Of a stretch of 64,000 nt of DNA, positions 20,172-29,686 are shown piece after piece. Within the stretch, counting starts at the first letter, position 1, and each line of letters begins with the position of its first letter. The stretch is from Bacteroidia bacterium. Its GTDB lineage: Bacteria; Bacteroidota; Bacteroidia; AKYH767-A; OLB10. The notes under the pieces were generated by a model that saw nothing but the letters and a program-made list of their open reading frames with translations, was not told where the DNA came from and ran no database searches. Position numbers and translations under genes: made by a program. Location: NCBI GenBank assembly GCA_016788165.1, contig JAEUTH010000021.1:153046-217045 (forward strand). The letters are read 5' to 3'.

Positions 20172-22610
20172 TTATAAGCCGATTGTTTTTAAAATCCGTT
20201 GAAAGATGTTGGGTTTATCATCTTCATCGTAATAACCATAACCATAGCCATATCCGTAGCCGTAGCCATATCCGTAACCATAGCCATAACCATAACTGCT
20301 TCCATATCCGTAACCGTATCCATAGCCATTTTTGCTGGTATCAACACCGTTAAGTATAACTGATAAGTGTTTTACTTTACTTTCGTCAAGTAGTTTATTT
20401 ATATTATGTATAAACATTTTTTTACTGTAACGGCTACGCAAAATATAAATAGGCAAATCAACTTTTTGAATTAAAGGAATACCATCGCTAACGATACCAA
20501 TAGGTGGTGTGTCAATTATTACAACATCATACGAAAGTTTTAATTCCTGAATTAAATCTTCCATACGCTGTGATATAATTAATTCGGCAGGGTTAGGGGG
20601 GATAGGGCCTGCTGTGATAAAATCCAAACCGGGTAAGGAGCTTTTTTGAATACAGTTTTTAACCGAGTCTTTGCCAATTAATATGGTACTCATGCCATGC
20701 AAATTTTCGACATTAAACCCTAAGTGGATTTTGGGTTTGCGCATGTCTAAATCTAATATAGCCACACGTTTACCGCTAAATGCAATTACGCCAGCCAGGT
20801 TAATTGCATTAAATGTTTTTCCTTCGCCTGAAATGGTACTTGTAACAGCAAATACTTTTGCTGTTTCATCATTTATTATAAACTGTAAATTAGTTCGTAC
20901 GCTTCTGAAAGCTTCAGATATTATAGATTTCGGGTTTTTGTCAACCAGCAATTGCGATACAGGTATCTCGCGTTTATATTTAGGTATCATACCCAACAAG
21001 GCAGCATCGGTATATAGACTAACTTCTTCTAACGAAGTTATTTCGTTATACATCAGATATCTGAAAATTATTAAACCTAAGCTTAAAAAAAAGCCCAATG
21101 TAATGCAGCCACTTAGTATAAGGGGCTTGTTAGGTGATATAGGCACAAAGCGTGGTATGGCCGGCTCAAGTATAATATTGTCAGAGTCGTAGCCTGCTTT
21201 AGTAATTGCAAACTCAGCTTTCTTTTCTAATAAGAGTGAGTAAAATTTTTCGTTTATTTTATTAATTCGGATAAGGCGTGCATACTCTGTTTGACGCGAT
21301 GGCAAAACAACCATGGTGCTATTATATTGCCCAAGTTGTTTATCAATTTGAGCCATGCGAAGGCGCAAACTTGATTCTTCATTTTTTATATGTGCATTTA
21401 AAATTTGCACCTGATTGGCAATAGCAGCTTCTATAAAACTATAATTAGGTGCGCTGGTAGTTACTTCGTTCAGTAGTTGTTCTTTGTCTTTTAATAGTTT
21501 TAGAAGCTCTGTAGTTGCTTCATTAATATTACCTTCTTTATAAACGCCACTAAGACTTATAAGCATGGTTGTTATATCACGCTTGGCTTTCATTTCTGAT
21601 TTTAATTTATCAATCAATGCCAGTTTGTATTCCAGGTCAAAGCGTAAGTCGTCAAACCTGCGCATTTCGCTGTTAAGCATATTACCATAATCATCCGGAT
21701 CGAAAAATTTATTTCTTCGTTTAAATTCTTCAATCGAATCTTCTGATAAAATCAAAGCATGTTGAATATTGCTAACGGTTGTATCAATAAAATTTAATAT
21801 CTTATTGGTAACTTCTGTATTCTTTTTTAAATCGTAGCCTATAAACTCAGTGGTTATAGCATTTACAATGTCTGCAGCTTTTGTAGGACTGTTGTCTTTT
21901 AACCGTACGTATAATGTTTTTGCATCAGAGTTTACAATACCAACCAATAGTGCTGATGCGTATTTGGCTGCTTCAACATCTAAATTATTTATCGTAAAGT
22001 AGTAGGCATCGTTTTTAAATGTTTTCTGCTGATCGAGAATGGTATTGTAACTGTTTAAAGTTATTTTTAAACGCAATTCGGGCAATTCAATCCACTTGTT
22101 TATGTTGTAATCGGCTGTTACTTTATTGCCGTTGAATGTATAACTTAAATTAAACTGGTCTTGCTTAATCCATTCAATGTAAAATGGCAACCCAAATATT
22201 GCTGAGTCTTTAATGTAGTATTGTACATTATAGGGTGCCGAGCGATAAAGTTCCTGATCGAGTACAGTACCTTTGGCATAATAGCTAATATCAACCGGTA
22301 GCCTAACCAAGGCTTGTTTGGCTAATATGCGACTACGGATAAGTTCCATATCGCCTGCCATTTGGTTGCGGCTTTCTTCGGCAAAGTAATTTTTATTGAT
22401 ATCAAATACACTGTTCGCTTTATTTTGATTGGCGAGCTTTATAATGGAGTTTGATTCGAAAACGGGTTGTGTATATCGTAAGTATATGAGTGCCGTTAGA
22501 GCCGACACAAACATAAACAGTATTACCCAAATGAAATTACCCCGGGCAATAGAAACAAAGAGTTTTAAATCGAAATCTTCGTTAAGACTGGTAATTTTTT
22601 TTTTGGGCAT
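20172..22610 (-). CDS. polysaccharide co-polymerase / tyrosine autokinase (Wzc-like BY-kinase)
   Basis: 812 aa. N-terminal Wzz-like periplasmic domain between two TMs, C-terminal CpsD-like P-loop ATPase (Walker A TSTISGEGKT, Walker B VIIDTPP). Ends in a Tyr cluster expanded to (GY)n. Confidence 0.85.
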   Translation of the reverse strand: MPKKKITSLNEDFDLKLFVSIARGNFIWVILFMFVSALTALIYLRYTQPVFESNSIIKLANQNKANSVFDINKNYFAEESRNQMAGDMELIRSRILAKQALVRLPVDISYYAKGTVLDQELYRSAPYNVQYYIKDSAIFGLPFYIEWIKQDQFNLSYTFNGNKVTADYNINKWIELPELRLKITLNSYNTILDQQKTFKNDAYYFTINNLDVEAAKYASALLVGIVNSDAKTLYVRLKDNSPTKAADIVNAITTEFIGYDLKKNTEVTNKILNFIDTTVSNIQHALILSEDSIEEFKRRNKFFDPDDYGNMLNSEMRRFDDLRFDLEYKLALIDKLKSEMKAKRDITTMLISLSGVYKEGNINEATTELLKLLKDKEQLLNEVTTSAPNYSFIEAAIANQVQILNAHIKNEESSLRLRMAQIDKQLGQYNSTMVVLPSRQTEYARLIRINKINEKFYSLLLEKKAEFAITKAGYDSDNIILEPAIPRFVPISPNKPLILSGCITLGFFLSLGLIIFRYLMYNEITSLEEVSLYTDAALLGMIPKYKREIPVSQLLVDKNPKSIISEAFRSVRTNLQFIINDETAKVFAVTSTISGEGKTFNAINLAGVIAFSGKRVAILDLDMRKPKIHLGFNVENLHGMSTILIGKDSVKNCIQKSSLPGLDFITAGPIPPNPAELIISQRMEDLIQELKLSYDVVIIDTPPIGIVSDGIPLIQKVDLPIYILRSRYSKKMFIHNINKLLDESKVKHLSVILNGVDTSKNGYGYGYGYGSSYGYGYGYGYGYGYGYGYGYGYYDEDDKPNIFQRILKTIGL
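20229..20327 (-). repeat. coding (GY)n dipeptide repeat, an imperfect hexanucleotide (GGNTAY)n tract
   Basis: + strand reads ...accataaccatagccatatccgtagccgtagccatatccgtaaccatagcc... Antisense translation is NGYGYGYGYGSSYGYGYGYGYGYGYGYGYGYGYY. Confidence 0.9.
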
Positions 22611-22612
22611 TC

Positions 22613-23380
22613 TTACAAGGTGCGTATAAATACAGCAACAACCACTACACTACTAATAATGGCCATAATAGGGGCCAGTTCTTTAAGTATGCCTTGCGAT
22701 ATTTGTGGTGTAGGTTCTACGTATATAATATCGTTAGCTTGTAATAGCAGGTTAGATTGTTTAAGTCCTTCAACCGTACTTAAATCAATTAGCATAATTT
22801 GCGGATTACGTGTATCGCCTCTAACCAATTTAATTTTATAAGCTTTACCTGTTTCGGTAACACCACCTGCCGCAGCTAAGGCTTCAATTAAGGTTGTGTT
22901 TTCGTTTTTTAAATTAACAACGGTACCTCTGCCACCTGTACCGGTAAATACCATAACGCGTCTGTTAATTACAGTTATTATACTAAATGGATTTTTATAA
23001 TAGATGGCATATTTTTCTTCTACTAATTTTTCAGCCTCCTGTTTGGTTAAGTCTTTAATTTTCACTTTTCCAATTTGTGGCAACCTAACATAACCTTCCA
23101 CATCAACTGTAAAGTTTATGGCATCGTTAACGGCATCGTTGGGTATGCGGGCTGCCGAAGTGGTAGTGGTAGTTGCCATCATGGGTTCTATTAATTTATA
23201 ACCATCATTGTTATAAATGCTGAATTCGATTATATCATTCGGGGCTATACGATATTCCAGATTACCTATGGTTTGATCAATAGAGTAGGGGTAATTTTTA
23301 GGGGTTTTAAACATTACACTGCTATTGATGTAACATCCACTACAAGATAGCATGGCAATAATAACAATTAACTTACGCAT
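22613..23380 (-). CDS. polysaccharide export outer-membrane protein (Wza/BexD family)
   Basis: 255 aa with a lipoprotein-type signal (LSCSGC), Poly_export and SLBB domains. Sits 2 nt upstream of wzc. Confidence 0.8.
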   Translation of the reverse strand: MRKLIVIIAMLSCSGCYINSSVMFKTPKNYPYSIDQTIGNLEYRIAPNDIIEFSIYNNDGYKLIEPMMATTTTTSAARIPNDAVNDAINFTVDVEGYVRLPQIGKVKIKDLTKQEAEKLVEEKYAIYYKNPFSIITVINRRVMVFTGTGGRGTVVNLKNENTTLIEALAAAGGVTETGKAYKIKLVRGDTRNPQIMLIDLSTVEGLKQSNLLLQANDIIYVEPTPQISQGILKELAPIMAIISSVVVVAVFIRTL

Positions 23381-23525
23381 ATAGTTTTACTAATAGAGGG
23401 GGTAAATGTATAAGAATTATATAAATGGTTCAGCAACAGATATAGATACAGATTGTAATAGCTAAAAAAAATATTTACTTTTTGTACTTCAATTTTTTAG
23501 TTGAAAATTAATATTGGTTAAAGCA

Positions 23526-24710
23526 TTATATGCCTAAAAGTTTGTCATACAATTGCGTCATATCGCTAACAAGCCTTGTATAATTAAATTGTGAATTAAC
23601 ATGGTTTAGGCCCCAATTGCTCATTTGATCCCGCAGCATATCGTCATTTACAAGCGTAATTAAATTTTGTGCAAAGGCATTTACATCGTTCGATGTCGAT
23701 AGTAGCGCTGATTTACCCGGTATAACCACATTTTCGATGCCACCCACCTGGGTTGATACGATTGCTTTTGAAGCTGCCTGTGCTTCGATTAAACTTACCG
23801 GTGTACCTTCATTTAATGAAGTTAATGCAACAATATCTAAACCCGCTAAGGCAATATCCACATCCTGAATCCAGGATGTAAAAGTTAAGTTTGCCTGGTT
23901 ATTGTATTGTGTGGGTGTATTAAAAACAAGGCCTTGGTTTTTACACATTTCTTCAATTTGCTGGCGCAATTCGCCATCGCCAATTATAAATGCATGAACA
24001 GGTTTTGTTACACTTTTTAAAAGGATGTGAAATGCTTTGATAAACAATTGATGGTTTTTTACCGGCACCAAACGACCAATTATGCCAATTGCTATTGTAT
24101 TGTTAAGTTTATGTTGTAGCCTGAATTGTTTTCGTTTTTCAGACATGTTATGTGTAAACCTGCTAAGGTCGAAACCTAATGGTATTATATATGTGTTTTG
24201 AGGTTTGCATACTTTATATGTTTCAGACAATTCTTTTTTCTGGACTTCGCTTAAAACCACAATACCATTTGTTTTAGCAGCTAAGTAACGTTCGATTTGT
24301 AAAAATAACTTAGTTGTAGTACTGCTAAAATACGAGTGAAAATAATGGCCATGAAATGTGTGTAGTATAACAGGTACTTTACAGTGCAAAGCTGCCAAAC
24401 GTCCAACGGTACCCGGTTTTGCCATGTGTGTATGCACAATGTCGGGTTTAAATTCTTTTATAATTTTTTTTATTTTTTGATAGGCCAGGTAATCGTCTTT
24501 GGGATTTATTGCCCTTTTCATTTCGGAGACATATACAGGTTTAAGATTGTATTTGTCTAAAATGAAATTTGAACTGGCCTCAGTATCGTCTATGGCTCCT
24601 GAAACTAATTGGGTTTCATAACGCGCATCCATAAATTTGGTTAAAAAAGCAACGTTGTATGTAGGCCCTCCTAAATTTAAACGGTTTATTATTCGAAGAA
24701 TGCGTGGCAT
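23526..24710 (-). CDS. glycosyltransferase family 4 (GT-B)
   Basis: 394 aa with a Glyco_trans_4 N-terminal domain and a Glycos_transf_1 C-terminal domain with the E...E pattern (TSLNEGTPVSLIEAQA). Confidence 0.8.
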   Translation of the reverse strand: MPRILRIINRLNLGGPTYNVAFLTKFMDARYETQLVSGAIDDTEASSNFILDKYNLKPVYVSEMKRAINPKDDYLAYQKIKKIIKEFKPDIVHTHMAKPGTVGRLAALHCKVPVILHTFHGHYFHSYFSSTTTKLFLQIERYLAAKTNGIVVLSEVQKKELSETYKVCKPQNTYIIPLGFDLSRFTHNMSEKRKQFRLQHKLNNTIAIGIIGRLVPVKNHQLFIKAFHILLKSVTKPVHAFIIGDGELRQQIEEMCKNQGLVFNTPTQYNNQANLTFTSWIQDVDIALAGLDIVALTSLNEGTPVSLIEAQAASKAIVSTQVGGIENVVIPGKSALLSTSNDVNAFAQNLITLVNDDMLRDQMSNWGLNHVNSQFNYTRLVSDMTQLYDKLLGI

Positions 24711-24764
24711 TAACTCAATATGTTTTTCGTAACGGGTATTATACGTAGTTTCTTATTGGTGTTA

Positions 24765-25841
24765 TTACAGTTGCGCGCGTTTTACCATTATAAGGGCAAT
24801 AACCGAATAAATTATATTGGGTATCCAAACCGCAAATTGTGCCGGTACATTGCTATTGGTTGCCATTGTGGTAGATACTTTCATAAACATGATGTAACTA
24901 AAGCTTAATAAAATACCGGCAACTATTTGCAGCCCAATGCCACCTCTTACTTTTCGGTAAGCAATTGCTACACCTATAATTGTAAGCACAAACATTGCGT
25001 ATGGAAATGAAAATCGTTGATTGTACTCAACTTCGGCAAAATGTATATCGTCAGCCCCGCGTTGACGTTCGCGGTTAATGTGAGCTTTAAGTTCGAAACT
25101 ATCCATGCCTTCAATAAAATTAGGTCTGCGGCCAAAATCATTTGCCACAAACGAAAATGTTGTATCCAGGTTGTTGCCTTTTTTAAACTTTTCGTGTAAT
25201 GGTTCTATGTTTCTTATTAAATAATTTTCAAGTCTCCATTGATTTGCTGTACTATCCCATTTTATTTTTTGGGCTGTTAGTTTATACGCCAGCTTTTTAT
25301 CTTTAAAAATTTCATAAGTAAAATGGTATCCTTCTTTATCAATGTTATTGTAACTTTCGAAGTAAATAAACTCACCGGGTTTTATTTGCCTGTGTAAATT
25401 TTTGGTGCTGAAACGGTATTGGTTTTTTATGTATTTATTTTCGAAAGCCAGTTGTTTTTCTTTAGCATGTGGTATAACGTAGCTGCCTAAAACAAAGGAA
25501 AGTAATGCCAATACTGCCGATGCTATCATGTATGGTTTAAGCAAGCGTGTAAAACTTACCCCTGCATTTAGTATGGCAATAATTTCGGTACGGTTTGCCA
25601 TTTGTGCCGTAAAAAAAATAACCGATATAAATAGAAATAGTGGGCTAAACAGGTTTACAAAAAATGGAATAAAGTTTATGTAATAATCAAAAATAATTGC
25701 GTGAAGCGGGGCTTTCTTTTCTAAAAAATCATCCAGTTTTTCGCTTATGTCGAATACAATAGTAATTAACACTATTAACCCAATACAGTAAAAAAATGTA
25801 GTTAGGTATTTGCCAATAATATATTTATCGAGTTTGCGCAA
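24765..25841 (-). CDS. LptF/LptG family permease (YjgP/YjgQ)
   Basis: 358 aa. TMs 1-3, a periplasmic beta-jellyroll insert, then TMs 4-6. Confidence 0.75.
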   Translation of the reverse strand: MRKLDKYIIGKYLTTFFYCIGLIVLITIVFDISEKLDDFLEKKAPLHAIIFDYYINFIPFFVNLFSPLFLFISVIFFTAQMANRTEIIAILNAGVSFTRLLKPYMIASAVLALLSFVLGSYVIPHAKEKQLAFENKYIKNQYRFSTKNLHRQIKPGEFIYFESYNNIDKEGYHFTYEIFKDKKLAYKLTAQKIKWDSTANQWRLENYLIRNIEPLHEKFKKGNNLDTTFSFVANDFGRRPNFIEGMDSFELKAHINRERQRGADDIHFAEVEYNQRFSFPYAMFVLTIIGVAIAYRKVRGGIGLQIVAGILLSFSYIMFMKVSTTMATNSNVPAQFAVWIPNIIYSVIALIMVKRAQL

Positions 25842-25860
25842 GCGTAGCGTTTTATTAATG

Positions 25861-26991
25861 TTATAACCTACGGCTTAGTTTGGGTATCATTTCGTTTTTC
25901 CATTTTACAAAACTACCGTTTAAAATGTGTTGGCGTGCTTGTTTTACCAAGTCTAAATAAAATGCAAGGTTGTGTAAAGTAGCTATCTGCGCGCCCAGTA
26001 TTTCTTTACTTATAACCAAATGCCTTAAATAAGCTTTACTGTAGCATGTATCAACCACTGAATTAGCATTATTATCAATTGCTGAAAAATCGTTTTTCCA
26101 TTTTTCATTTCTGATATTGATTATTCCTTCAGATGTAAATAACATACCATTGCGTGCATTGCGTGTTGGCATTACACAATCAAACATATCAATTCCTAAA
26201 CCAATACATTCTAATATATTAACGGGTGTACCTACGCCCATCAGGTAGCGTGGTTTGCTTTTTGGCAATATATCGGTAACACAATCTGTTATTTCATACA
26301 TATTGGCTGCAGGTTCGCCAACGCTCAAACCGCCAATGGCATTACCATGGGCATTAATGCCGCTCACAAACTCGGCCGATTGTTTACGTAGGTCAGCATA
26401 GGTGCTTCCTTGCACAATAGGAAACAAGGTTTGGTTATGCCCGTAAATTGGTTTATGTGCATTAAAATGATTTACACAACGTTGCAACCATCGGTGCGTA
26501 AGTTCCATGCTGCGTTTGGCAGCTTTATGTTCGCAAGGGTAGGGCGTGCACTCATCAAATGCCATTACGATATCGGCACCTATTTGACGTTGAATATCTA
26601 TTGCATGTTCAGGTGTAAAAAACAAAGTGGCTCCATCAATATGCGATTGAAATTTTACACCTTCTTCTTTTATTTTTCGTGTGCCAGCTAATGAATAAAC
26701 CTGGTAGCCGCCACTATCAGTAAGTATGGGTTTGTGCCAGTTCATAAACTTATGCAGCCCACCGGCTTGTTGCATTACATCCATACCCGGCCTGATACTT
26801 AGGTGGTATGTATTGCCCAAAATTATTTGTGCTTTTATATCGTGTTGCAATTCGTTTTGATGTACACCTTTTACTGTTGCAGCGGTACCCACAGGCATAA
26901 AAATGGGTGTTTCGATAATACCATGATCAGTAAAAATTTTACCGGCACGTGCTTTACTAAGGGTATCGGTAATTTGTAAGTCGAATTGCAT
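25861..26991 (-). CDS. tgt: queuine tRNA-ribosyltransferase
   Basis: 376 aa TIM barrel with a Zn site (CxCxxC...H region near the C-terminus); DSGG and LMGVGTP motifs. Confidence 0.9.
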   Translation of the reverse strand: MQFDLQITDTLSKARAGKIFTDHGIIETPIFMPVGTAATVKGVHQNELQHDIKAQIILGNTYHLSIRPGMDVMQQAGGLHKFMNWHKPILTDSGGYQVYSLAGTRKIKEEGVKFQSHIDGATLFFTPEHAIDIQRQIGADIVMAFDECTPYPCEHKAAKRSMELTHRWLQRCVNHFNAHKPIYGHNQTLFPIVQGSTYADLRKQSAEFVSGINAHGNAIGGLSVGEPAANMYEITDCVTDILPKSKPRYLMGVGTPVNILECIGLGIDMFDCVMPTRNARNGMLFTSEGIINIRNEKWKNDFSAIDNNANSVVDTCYSKAYLRHLVISKEILGAQIATLHNLAFYLDLVKQARQHILNGSFVKWKNEMIPKLSRRL

Positions 26992-27093
26992 AAATTAAAT
27001 ATGGCGGCCAAATTAATAAATGCTTTACATGGCCAAAAACTTATGTTACCGAAAAGCAATATGGATTGGTTGCTAGTGATTCACTAAAAAAAA

Positions 27094-28557
27094 TTACCGA
27101 GGTACATCAAACGACTCTTGACTTTGGTTGCCTATATATTGCCTGCGTTTTTCTACATCATAATCTAACGACTGCGAATTGCGTTTGTGTAAATCCATAC
27201 TCCAGTTGTTATTCATCACTTCGCCATTCATATCGGAATGCAGTAAACGATAATCGTTACCTGCTAAGTTTGGATTGTAGAATACGAATTTGCGATTGGT
27301 TTGGTTTTTTATTTTGTAGTACTGCCATATTTCGTAAGGGTAGGCATCGGGTTCGTGGTCGCGTTTGGTAACAGAGTTTGGTGCACCATATTGTAAGTAA
27401 ACACGGCCGCGTTCAGTAGTGTATCCTTTTGTAAATCTATCGCCATAAATTTGATGTACCAAGGCAACCTGTGCTTTGTAATCTAACCAAGCTTTTTCCG
27501 GTGCTGTTGGATTTTTCTTAAACCAGAAATCATAAAAAAATTGTTGCATCATACGTAAATCAGCCAGTTTCAGCTGGTTGTCTTGCCATACGGTTTGTGT
27601 TGGGTTGCATATAGGTCGCAGGCATGCAACAAACTCCTTTAATGTATCGGCATCGGTTATTGCATTTACAAAAGTTTGTGCAACATCAATATTACTAATT
27701 GCTATGTCGCTATTTGCAGGTGCAATAAAATTACTTCTTTGTATGTATCGTTCTGTAAAACCAATAAGCTCATTGTTTTTATTTCTCAATTCAATAATCA
27801 GATTATAATTACCGGAAGCTAATTTTTCGATATTAATTTCACTCATTAATATGGTGGTTGGCTTGGCAATTTCGCGTTTGGTTACTTTGTACTCGTCTAA
27901 AATTATTTTGCTTTCGTCATTAATTAGGTAGTATGATAATACATATCCATTATTGCTGCCTAATACCTTGTCAGCATTATAAATTTCGGCATAAAATATT
28001 AAGCTATTCATGCTTTTTGGATAAAAATTATCGGTATAGGGCATCATGTCATAACCATTTTTAGTGATGGCAGTTTCTGTTGTAGCCGGCTTATAGCTTT
28101 CTAACAGGGTTATATCAGATGTTGATATTCTATCAGAAAGCCAGCTTAAGTTTATGGATGAGGTGGAAGCAAACGATTGCCCATTGCCATTTTTATCGGC
28201 CAGAGTAAATACCATCTGATACTTACCCGGGTTTAGTTTAATGCGTTGCTGATCTATAAAATTAAAATTGATTTGTGTTGTATCATTAACAACAGGGCTG
28301 TTTAAGTTGTAGGTGTCGGTAAAAACCTGTTGGCCTGTACTGTCTTTAATTACAATGTTGATATTGATTACTGCCATATAACCATTGGCTTCGGGTTTAA
28401 AAACTACAGAGTTGCCATCAACAGTTAAATAGGTTTCGATATATGCACCGTTTGTAGTACTATTGAAACGACTGAACGAAAACAAAGCTTTCACGTTTTT
28501 TGCATCTGCCAAATGCATGCATATACACAATAAAATTACTGATATGAATGTTTTCAT
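27094..28557 (-). CDS. GWxTD-like domain secreted protein
   Basis: 487 aa with a signal peptide. The C-terminal region KGYTTERGRVYLQYGAPNSV resembles the GWxTD motif. Confidence 0.45.
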   Translation of the reverse strand: MKTFISVILLCICMHLADAKNVKALFSFSRFNSTTNGAYIETYLTVDGNSVVFKPEANGYMAVININIVIKDSTGQQVFTDTYNLNSPVVNDTTQINFNFIDQQRIKLNPGKYQMVFTLADKNGNGQSFASTSSINLSWLSDRISTSDITLLESYKPATTETAITKNGYDMMPYTDNFYPKSMNSLIFYAEIYNADKVLGSNNGYVLSYYLINDESKIILDEYKVTKREIAKPTTILMSEINIEKLASGNYNLIIELRNKNNELIGFTERYIQRSNFIAPANSDIAISNIDVAQTFVNAITDADTLKEFVACLRPICNPTQTVWQDNQLKLADLRMMQQFFYDFWFKKNPTAPEKAWLDYKAQVALVHQIYGDRFTKGYTTERGRVYLQYGAPNSVTKRDHEPDAYPYEIWQYYKIKNQTNRKFVFYNPNLAGNDYRLLHSDMNGEVMNNNWSMDLHKRNSQSLDYDVEKRRQYIGNQSQESFDVPR

Positions 28558-28795
28558 GACTTAAGTTATTTGCAACAAACTTAATCAATAAGCATTTAGC
28601 TTATAATATTTACCATAACGGTTTAACTAAATTATTACGCAGTAATTACGTTTTTTTTATGCGTTTAAATTATTGTAAGTAATACAAAGTTTGGGAATCA
28701 TGTTATGAAAACGCCCGCCACTGTTGACAATGAGGCCTATTAAAATTATTTAAAAAAAATTTTGCCTCTTAACATTTAGATGTATTTTCGCGGCC

Positions 28796-28882
28796 GGAGA
28801 GTTGGCAGAGTGGTCGATTGCGGCAGTCTTGAAAACTGTTGAGGTGTAACAGCCTCCTGGGGTTCGAATCCCTAACTCTCCG
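28796..28882 (+). tRNA. tRNA-Ser (anticodon TGA)
   Basis: Cloverleaf readable by eye. Acceptor GGAGAGT/ACTCTCC, D-arm GGCAGAGTGG, anticodon loop cuUGAaa, long variable arm (class II), T-loop GGTTCGAATCC. CCA not encoded. Confidence 0.85.
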
Positions 28883-28892
28883 CTTAGTTATA

Positions 28893-28930
28893 AAGGTGTC
28901 GTGTTTCAGTGCAAGGCACCTTTTTTATTT
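28893..28930 (+). terminator. putative terminator after tRNA-Ser
   Basis: Hairpin aaggtg...cacctt followed by TTTTTTATTT. The loop is long, so the structure is only moderate. Confidence 0.35.
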
Positions 28931-28948
28931 ACGAGTACTTTAATATTT

Positions 28949-29671
28949 ATGTCTACAACATTATTTTTTATCCGGAAAACCAAAGCACTTTTTATTCGTT
29001 TTCAATTGCATCGTTTGGTAGAGCCTTTTAGTGGTTTTCTTTTAAATTTAGCCTATCTATCTAAGATTAGTAAATGGGCGCATGAAAACCGAAAAATTTC
29101 TTTCAACGACTTTTATAGTAATAAATGGGATTATGAGAAACGATTTGGCTTATATAAACACTTAAACAATTTGCAAGGTGCTGATAAACAAATTACTTAT
29201 TTAGAGTTTGGTGTTTCGCAAGGTCATTCGTTTAAATGGTGGGTTGCCAATAATAAAAACGAGCATTCGGTTTTTTGTGGTTTCGATACTTTTGAAGGGC
29301 TGCCCGAAGATTGGGGCATGTTTAAAGCCGGTGCAATGAGTACACATAATGCAATACCCCAAATTGATGGTAACCGACATAAATTTATTAAGGGTTTGTT
29401 TCAGCAAACTTTGCCGGATTTTATTAAAGCGCATGATTTGAGTGGTCCATTAGTGTTGCACTTGGATGCCGATTTATATTCATCCACTTTATATGTGCTT
29501 ACTTCATTAGCCCCACATTTAAAATCGGGCGATATTTTAATTTTTGATGAGTTTTCAGTACCCAAACATGAGTTTTTAGCTTACACCAATTTTATACAAA
29601 GCTATTACCTGCAGTTTGAGCTGATTGCAGCAGCAAACAATTACTTTTTTACTGCGTTTAGAATGAAGTAG
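28949..29671 (+). CDS. TylF/MycF-family class I SAM-dependent O-methyltransferase
   Basis: Macrocin-O-methyltransferase-like signature (LHLDADLYSSTLYVL ... GDILIFDEF). Start moved to Met at 28949 because the upstream start at 28901 in the ORF track lies inside the tRNA terminator. Confidence 0.7.
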   Translation: MSTTLFFIRKTKALFIRFQLHRLVEPFSGFLLNLAYLSKISKWAHENRKISFNDFYSNKWDYEKRFGLYKHLNNLQGADKQITYLEFGVSQGHSFKWWVANNKNEHSVFCGFDTFEGLPEDWGMFKAGAMSTHNAIPQIDGNRHKFIKGLFQQTLPDFIKAHDLSGPLVLHLDADLYSSTLYVLTSLAPHLKSGDILIFDEFSVPKHEFLAYTNFIQSYYLQFELIAAANNYFFTAFRMK

Positions 29672-29686
29672 TACAAACTTTTTGGG

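Noticed and set aside
20144-20353. 69-aa His-rich ORF (…HNHSHIRSRSHIRNHSHNHN…) on the + strand
   Set aside because: It is the antisense reading of the (GY)n repeat inside wzc, so the low-complexity translation is an artefact of the repeat and not an independent gene.
28901-28948. Upstream extension of the methyltransferase ORF starting at 28901
   Set aside because: It would begin inside the tRNA-Ser terminator hairpin and T-run. The downstream Met at 28949 is preferred.
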